Positions 27,798-32,000 of a DNA stretch of 32,000 nt are shown here, in pieces (the stretch's first letter is position 1; each line of letters begins with the position of its first letter). The translations under genes were made by a program, and so were the position numbers. The stretch comes from Patescibacteria group bacterium (GTDB lineage: Bacteria > Patescibacteriota > Patescibacteriia > 2-01-FULL-39-33): assembly GCA_041662745.1 (NCBI GenBank), contig JBAZRV010000004.1, positions 90,001 through 122,000 on the forward strand, given 5' to 3'. Under the pieces are notes generated by a model that was given only the letters and a program-made list of their open reading frames with translations, searched no databases and was not told where the DNA came from.

Positions 27798-28682
27798 ATG
27801 CCTGATTTGGAAGTTGCAGCAGGATCAATTATTGGCCGGGATCATTTAGGTTCCGGCAATGTATTGCTGGGCAGGAATAATCAAGATGCTTATCATGTCT
27901 GCGCTGATCAACAAAGGGCAGTAGCGGTGATTTGCGATGGTTGCGGTTCCCAAAAACATTCGGAAGTGGGGGCCAATGAAGCCGCTCGATTTATTAGCGA
28001 GAGGATTTATCAATTATTGGCAACCCGTCAAGCTGTCAACACGTCGATCTCTTTACCTCTGACTCTGGGAGAACTGCGCCAAGAAATGTTGGCGGATATA
28101 AACCAACGAGTCAAACGCTTATCGCCTAACGGTGGCAAGACCAAAACGGTTAATGATTTTTATTTGTTTACGGTTATCGGCGCGGTGGTTGACGATGACG
28201 GCTGCAGCATCTTTGCTTTAGGTGATGGTTGCTATGCCATCAATGGCGAATTCCATCAACTGGGACCGTTTAACGATAATGAACCGCCTTATTTGGCTTA
28301 TGGTCTGACTGGCACAAAAAGCAAACCGCCAAACTCGCGAGATTGGATGTTTAGGGTGGAATCATACTGCCCATTGGATTTTTTCCAACATCTTTTAATC
28401 GGCAGTGATGGCGTAGTCAAATTGGAGGCCAGCGCCGAGAAAAAAGTTCCCGGCTTAAAACAACCGGTCGGACCGCTATCGCAATTCTGGGAAAACGACA
28501 AATACTTTGGTAATCCGGATGAAATCCGACGCTATTTAGCTCTGATCAATCGGCAATATGTTACACTGGGGTTGCCGGCCCGCGAGATTATTCGTGAACC
28601 GGGACTACTGCCCGATGACACGACTCTGGTGGTCATCCGCAAAAAACCGATCAAGGAGCAGAAATATGAATGTGACAATTGA
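27798..28682 (+). CDS. PP2C-family protein phosphatase
   Basis: NQDAYHV...AVAVICDGCGSQKHSEVGANEAARF, FALGDGCYAINGE, LLIGSDGVVKL, PDDTTLVVI. Start at Met11 with upstream ggaaaggaag. Confidence 0.85.
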   Translation: MPDLEVAAGSIIGRDHLGSGNVLLGRNNQDAYHVCADQQRAVAVICDGCGSQKHSEVGANEAARFISERIYQLLATRQAVNTSISLPLTLGELRQEMLADINQRVKRLSPNGGKTKTVNDFYLFTVIGAVVDDDGCSIFALGDGCYAINGEFHQLGPFNDNEPPYLAYGLTGTKSKPPNSRDWMFRVESYCPLDFFQHLLIGSDGVVKLEASAEKKVPGLKQPVGPLSQFWENDKYFGNPDEIRRYLALINRQYVTLGLPAREIIREPGLLPDDTTLVVIRKKPIKEQKYECDN

Positions 28683-30534
28683 CGGCAAGAGATTTCGTTT
28701 GAATCCTCAAAATGCAATTGGCAAGGGCGGCGAAGCTGATGTTTACAGCATCGGCGGCGGCGAGGCCCTGAAAATTTTCAAGGGTCCGGATCATCCGGAT
28801 TTAAGCGGCTTTCCAGAATTGCAAAGACAAGCAAGGGATCGGATTGCCACCCATCAAGCCAAACTGCCCAACTTTCCTTCGGGACTGCCCGCGGCAGTGG
28901 TAAAACCACTCTCATTGGCTACTGATGCCAAGGATCAAATCATCGGCTATAAAATGCCGCTGATTTCCGGGGCTGAAGTTTTATTCAGATACGCGGACAC
29001 TGATTGGCGGCAAACCGGCGGCATTAAAGACAATGATGTCTTGAGCATATTTGCCGATCTGCATCCGACGGTCGACGGTATTCACCGAGTTGCGATAATT
29101 TCCGATTTCAACGACCTCAACGTGCTGATTCAAGGGAAGAAGGCTTTTATTATTGATGCCGACAGTATGAGTTTCGGCCGTTGGCTGTCGCCGATGTTCA
29201 CCGCTCGTTTTGTGGACCCGCTTTTGTGCGATCCGCAGAAAACTTCACCGCAACTTATTAAACCACACAACGAAAACAGCGATTGGTATGCTTTCTGTAT
29301 TATGTTGATGCAGGTACTGCTTTTTGCCGGACCGTATGACGGCGTCTACCGCCCCAAAGATTCGGCCAAGCGCCTGCCGCATGATCAAAGGCCGCTTAAG
29401 CGTATTACCGTTTTCAATCCGGAAGTCCGCTATCCCAAGAACGCCCGGCCATACAATACCTTGCCGGACGAATTGCTCCATCATTTTTCTATGGTATTTG
29501 AGAAAGACCAGCGCGGATCCTTCCCGCTTCGGTTAATCACCGACGCTCGTTTTACTACTTGCACTGCTTGCGGTTATACGCATATGCGTAATATCTGCCC
29601 TCATTGCCAACACACAGCCCCAGCCGCAGTCATTACCAAAATGACGGTCAAAGGCCAGGTTACGGCCACGCAGATTTTCCGCACTTCCGGCACAATCGTT
29701 TGTTCATCTGTGTTTAATAAAAGACTGTTTTATCTTTATCATGAAGCCGGAAAGTTTCGGCGGGAAGACGGTTCAAAAATCATTGAAGCTCCCTTGGATG
29801 CACAAACGCGCTATCGCCTCTCGCCGGAACTGACTTTGTTCGGCAAGGGCGGGATAATCAGAACGTTTAAAAACGGCTTAGAACAGGAAATTCTGGGCGT
29901 AGATTGCTTCAATGGCACCTTACCGGTTTTTGATGTAACGGAAAACGGCCGCTATTGGACTTACGGTGGAGAACTCTGGCGTGACGGCCAATACGCTCCG
30001 GAATTGATCGGCCAAACACTAAAAAATCAAACTTTGATTTGGGCCGGAAAAAAATTCGGTTTTGGCTTTTATCGAGCGGCGCAAGGCCTAGTGCATTTTA
30101 CCTTTGACGCCAAACAGCCCGCCATTAATGATAGTATCAGCCTGCCTAAACTGCCCGGACAACTACTGGATACGACTTGCGTTTTCGGCGATGACTTCTG
30201 TTGGTTTTTTACGGCCGTGCAAATGGCCGGAAAAATAATAAACACCGCATCACTGATAAATTCAAACGGCGACGTATTGGCGCATCAAGAGGAGGAAGCT
30301 AATGTCAGCAGTTGGTTAAGCTCTATTCGCGGTAAATTTCCTATCGGTCCGGTATTACTAGCGGCTACCGATGAAGGCATCGTACAAGTTAAGGAAAGCG
30401 GCGGCCGCATCCAAGCCACTAAAACCTTCCCGGACACAGAACCGTTTGTTAATAGTAAGATCAAGCTTTTCGGTTTGGCCGACGGCCTGTATGCCATCGG
30501 TAGAAACACTATCACTAAATTGGTAATCAAATAG
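28666..30534 (+). CDS. Serine/threonine kinase-like protein with zinc ribbon and C-terminal repeat-rich domain
   Basis: IGKGGEADVYSIGGGEALKIFKG kinase-like N-lobe, VAIISDFNDLNVLIQGKKAFIIDADS catalytic/Asp region, Zn ribbon CTACGYTHMRNICPHC. Start at Met37, overlapping the PP2C gene. Confidence 0.82.
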   Translation: MNVTIDGKRFRLNPQNAIGKGGEADVYSIGGGEALKIFKGPDHPDLSGFPELQRQARDRIATHQAKLPNFPSGLPAAVVKPLSLATDAKDQIIGYKMPLISGAEVLFRYADTDWRQTGGIKDNDVLSIFADLHPTVDGIHRVAIISDFNDLNVLIQGKKAFIIDADSMSFGRWLSPMFTARFVDPLLCDPQKTSPQLIKPHNENSDWYAFCIMLMQVLLFAGPYDGVYRPKDSAKRLPHDQRPLKRITVFNPEVRYPKNARPYNTLPDELLHHFSMVFEKDQRGSFPLRLITDARFTTCTACGYTHMRNICPHCQHTAPAAVITKMTVKGQVTATQIFRTSGTIVCSSVFNKRLFYLYHEAGKFRREDGSKIIEAPLDAQTRYRLSPELTLFGKGGIIRTFKNGLEQEILGVDCFNGTLPVFDVTENGRYWTYGGELWRDGQYAPELIGQTLKNQTLIWAGKKFGFGFYRAAQGLVHFTFDAKQPAINDSISLPKLPGQLLDTTCVFGDDFCWFFTAVQMAGKIINTASLINSNGDVLAHQEEEANVSSWLSSIRGKFPIGPVLLAATDEGIVQVKESGGRIQATKTFPDTEPFVNSKIKLFGLADGLYAIGRNTITKLVIK

Positions 30535-30554
30535 CAACCGCAAGGAGAATCATC

Positions 30555-31595
30555 ATGAGCTTCAAGCAACTGCCCCTGCCTTCGCACTATGCTCCCGACC
30601 AAAACTTTGACGAAAACTATTACCCTAACACCGCTCAGCTACTGCAACAGGCGGAAGAGTGGCGTAAAAAGCATGACGTCAAGCCGGCCGCCGGCGACAA
30701 ACGGCGCTTAACAGTTTTGAGTATCGACTGTCAAAACGATTTCACCTGGCTCAGCGGCGCTTTGCCGGTATTGGGCCGGTCGGGCAAGGGATCTATGGAA
30801 GCGCAACAACGCGGCGTGGAATGGGGCTACAGATATCTGCACATGATCACTAGCTGGAAAAACAGTATGGATTTCCATCCGCTCTTCCAGATGTCGTCGG
30901 TTACCGGCCACGTCCGTAAAGACGACGGCTCGCATCCTGTCGCCAATGTGCCGATTACCTTGGATGAGTACCGCCAGAATTATCGCCCCAATCCGGCCAT
31001 GTGCAAAATGCTGAGAGTTGATCCGCTTTGGTTGGAACGGCAATTCTTGTTCTACATTGAGGAGTTAGCCAAACACGGCAAACCACTGGAACCCTGGGGC
31101 TTGCACTGCCTGGCCGGCGACCGCGGCGCGGCGCTGACCGGAGGTGAAGAAGCATTCCGTCTCTTCCACGCTTTCGTGCGTGGCGCTCATAACACCGTAG
31201 AAGTCAAGGGTACCAGTCCTTTGACGGAACATTACTCCATCCTTCGTCCGCTGGTGATGCGTTTGTTTGATGGCCGGCCGATTCCCGGCGTACAAAAGAA
31301 CACGCTCCTGATCAATGACCTGGCTACCAGCGATGTTGTAGTAGCCAAGGGCTTGGCCTCCAGCCATTGCGTAGACGAGACCGTGAATGATTTCTTGACT
31401 GAAATTATGGCAATTGATCCGAAGTTGGTGGAAAAGGTATATATCATGCGCGACTGCACGGCGCCTGTGGTCATCCCAAATGTCGTTGATTTCACCGATA
31501 AAGCCGAGGCCGCTTTCGCCAAGTTTGAAGCGGCCGGAATGCATGTAGTGGAAAGCACCACGCCGATTGAGGATTGGCCCGGCATCAATTTGTAA
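30555..31595 (+). CDS. Isochorismatase/nicotinamidase-like cysteine hydrolase family protein
   Basis: VLSIDCQNDFTWLSGALPVLG (Asp), VVAKGLASSHCVDETVNDFL (catalytic Cys region), VYIMRDCTAPVV. Confidence 0.8.
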   Translation: MSFKQLPLPSHYAPDQNFDENYYPNTAQLLQQAEEWRKKHDVKPAAGDKRRLTVLSIDCQNDFTWLSGALPVLGRSGKGSMEAQQRGVEWGYRYLHMITSWKNSMDFHPLFQMSSVTGHVRKDDGSHPVANVPITLDEYRQNYRPNPAMCKMLRVDPLWLERQFLFYIEELAKHGKPLEPWGLHCLAGDRGAALTGGEEAFRLFHAFVRGAHNTVEVKGTSPLTEHYSILRPLVMRLFDGRPIPGVQKNTLLINDLATSDVVVAKGLASSHCVDETVNDFLTEIMAIDPKLVEKVYIMRDCTAPVVIPNVVDFTDKAEAAFAKFEAAGMHVVESTTPIEDWPGINL

Positions 31596-31695
31596 AATTT
31601 TCTTGATTTTTTTGTGGAATATAAGTTACCACGCGGAGGCGGCTAATTTTAGCCGCCTCCGCCCAACCCGTACAAACCACACAAGGAGAAAAATC

Positions 31696-32000
31696 ATGAG
31701 CCAATCAGCCAATGCCAAGGACCTTTTAACCAACGCTGCCAACGAAGGCGTAATCAGCGGTCTTTCCATACAAGCACTGAACTTGGTGGACATCGGTGGC
31801 GCCATTAATGCCGGCCTCGGCACCAAAGTGGACCTCAAAACTCCGGAAGTTCTTCTGAACGGGTTACTGATGGATGACTCCGGCTCAATCCGTTTTGTCG
31901 CCGGCAACACCGAGGCTGTGCGCCAAGGACACAACAGCGTCCTGGACGCCTTGGGAGATTCCAAGCAAAAGAACGGCATCGCCGTTACCTGCCGGTACCT
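31696..32000 (+). CDS. vWA-domain-like protein, truncated by the right window edge (not in the ORF track)
   Basis: ATG after acaaggag; MSQSANAKDLL...VLLNGLLMDDSGSIRFVAGNTEAVRQGHNSVLDAL carries a DxSGS MIDAS-like motif. Confidence 0.75.
   Translation, partial: MSQSANAKDLLTNAANEGVISGLSIQALNLVDIGGAINAGLGTKVDLKTPEVLLNGLLMDDSGSIRFVAGNTEAVRQGHNSVLDALGDSKQKNGIAVTCRY

Overview
The window looks like a chromosomal segment from a Patescibacteria/CPR-type bacterium (inferred from gene style and content; TGA reads as a normal stop). Housekeeping genes recognised from the translations: FtsH, a CDP-alcohol phosphatidyltransferase, RNase J, an OppA-like solute-binding protein, SecG, YchF, a CapA-family protein, an MJ1255-like glycosyltransferase, an SPFH/band-7 protein, DeoC, a PilT-like ATPase, RNase III, NusB, L32, a ProB-like kinase, AMMECR1 and an AmmeMemoRadiSam-type radical SAM protein. 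Five tRNA genes are readable: Leu-CAG, Lys-CTT, Arg-TCG, Gly-GCC and Leu-TAA. The strongest unexplained signal is three chimeric tRNA-like units (about 18624-18794 +, 18938-19129 +, 22227-22397 -). Each starts with a near-perfect copy of the first 46-53 nt of a tRNA, continues into a structured body of roughly 110-140 nt, and lies immediately upstream of the intact tRNA gene with the same anticodon. The three bodies differ in primary sequence but appear to share an architecture: a hairpin directly after the anticodon or variable region, an enclosing stem, an arm with tandem G.A pairs, and a second arm, with several compensatory changes. I know of no described family that matches, and that must be tested by database search. 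Secondary interests are a PP2C / kinase-Zn-ribbon / cysteine hydrolase / vWA gene run truncated at the right edge (TerY-P-like), a PspA-like three-gene operon ending in a Ser/Gly/Trp-repeat protein, and a 56-aa GTG-start membrane ORF missed by the ORF track.
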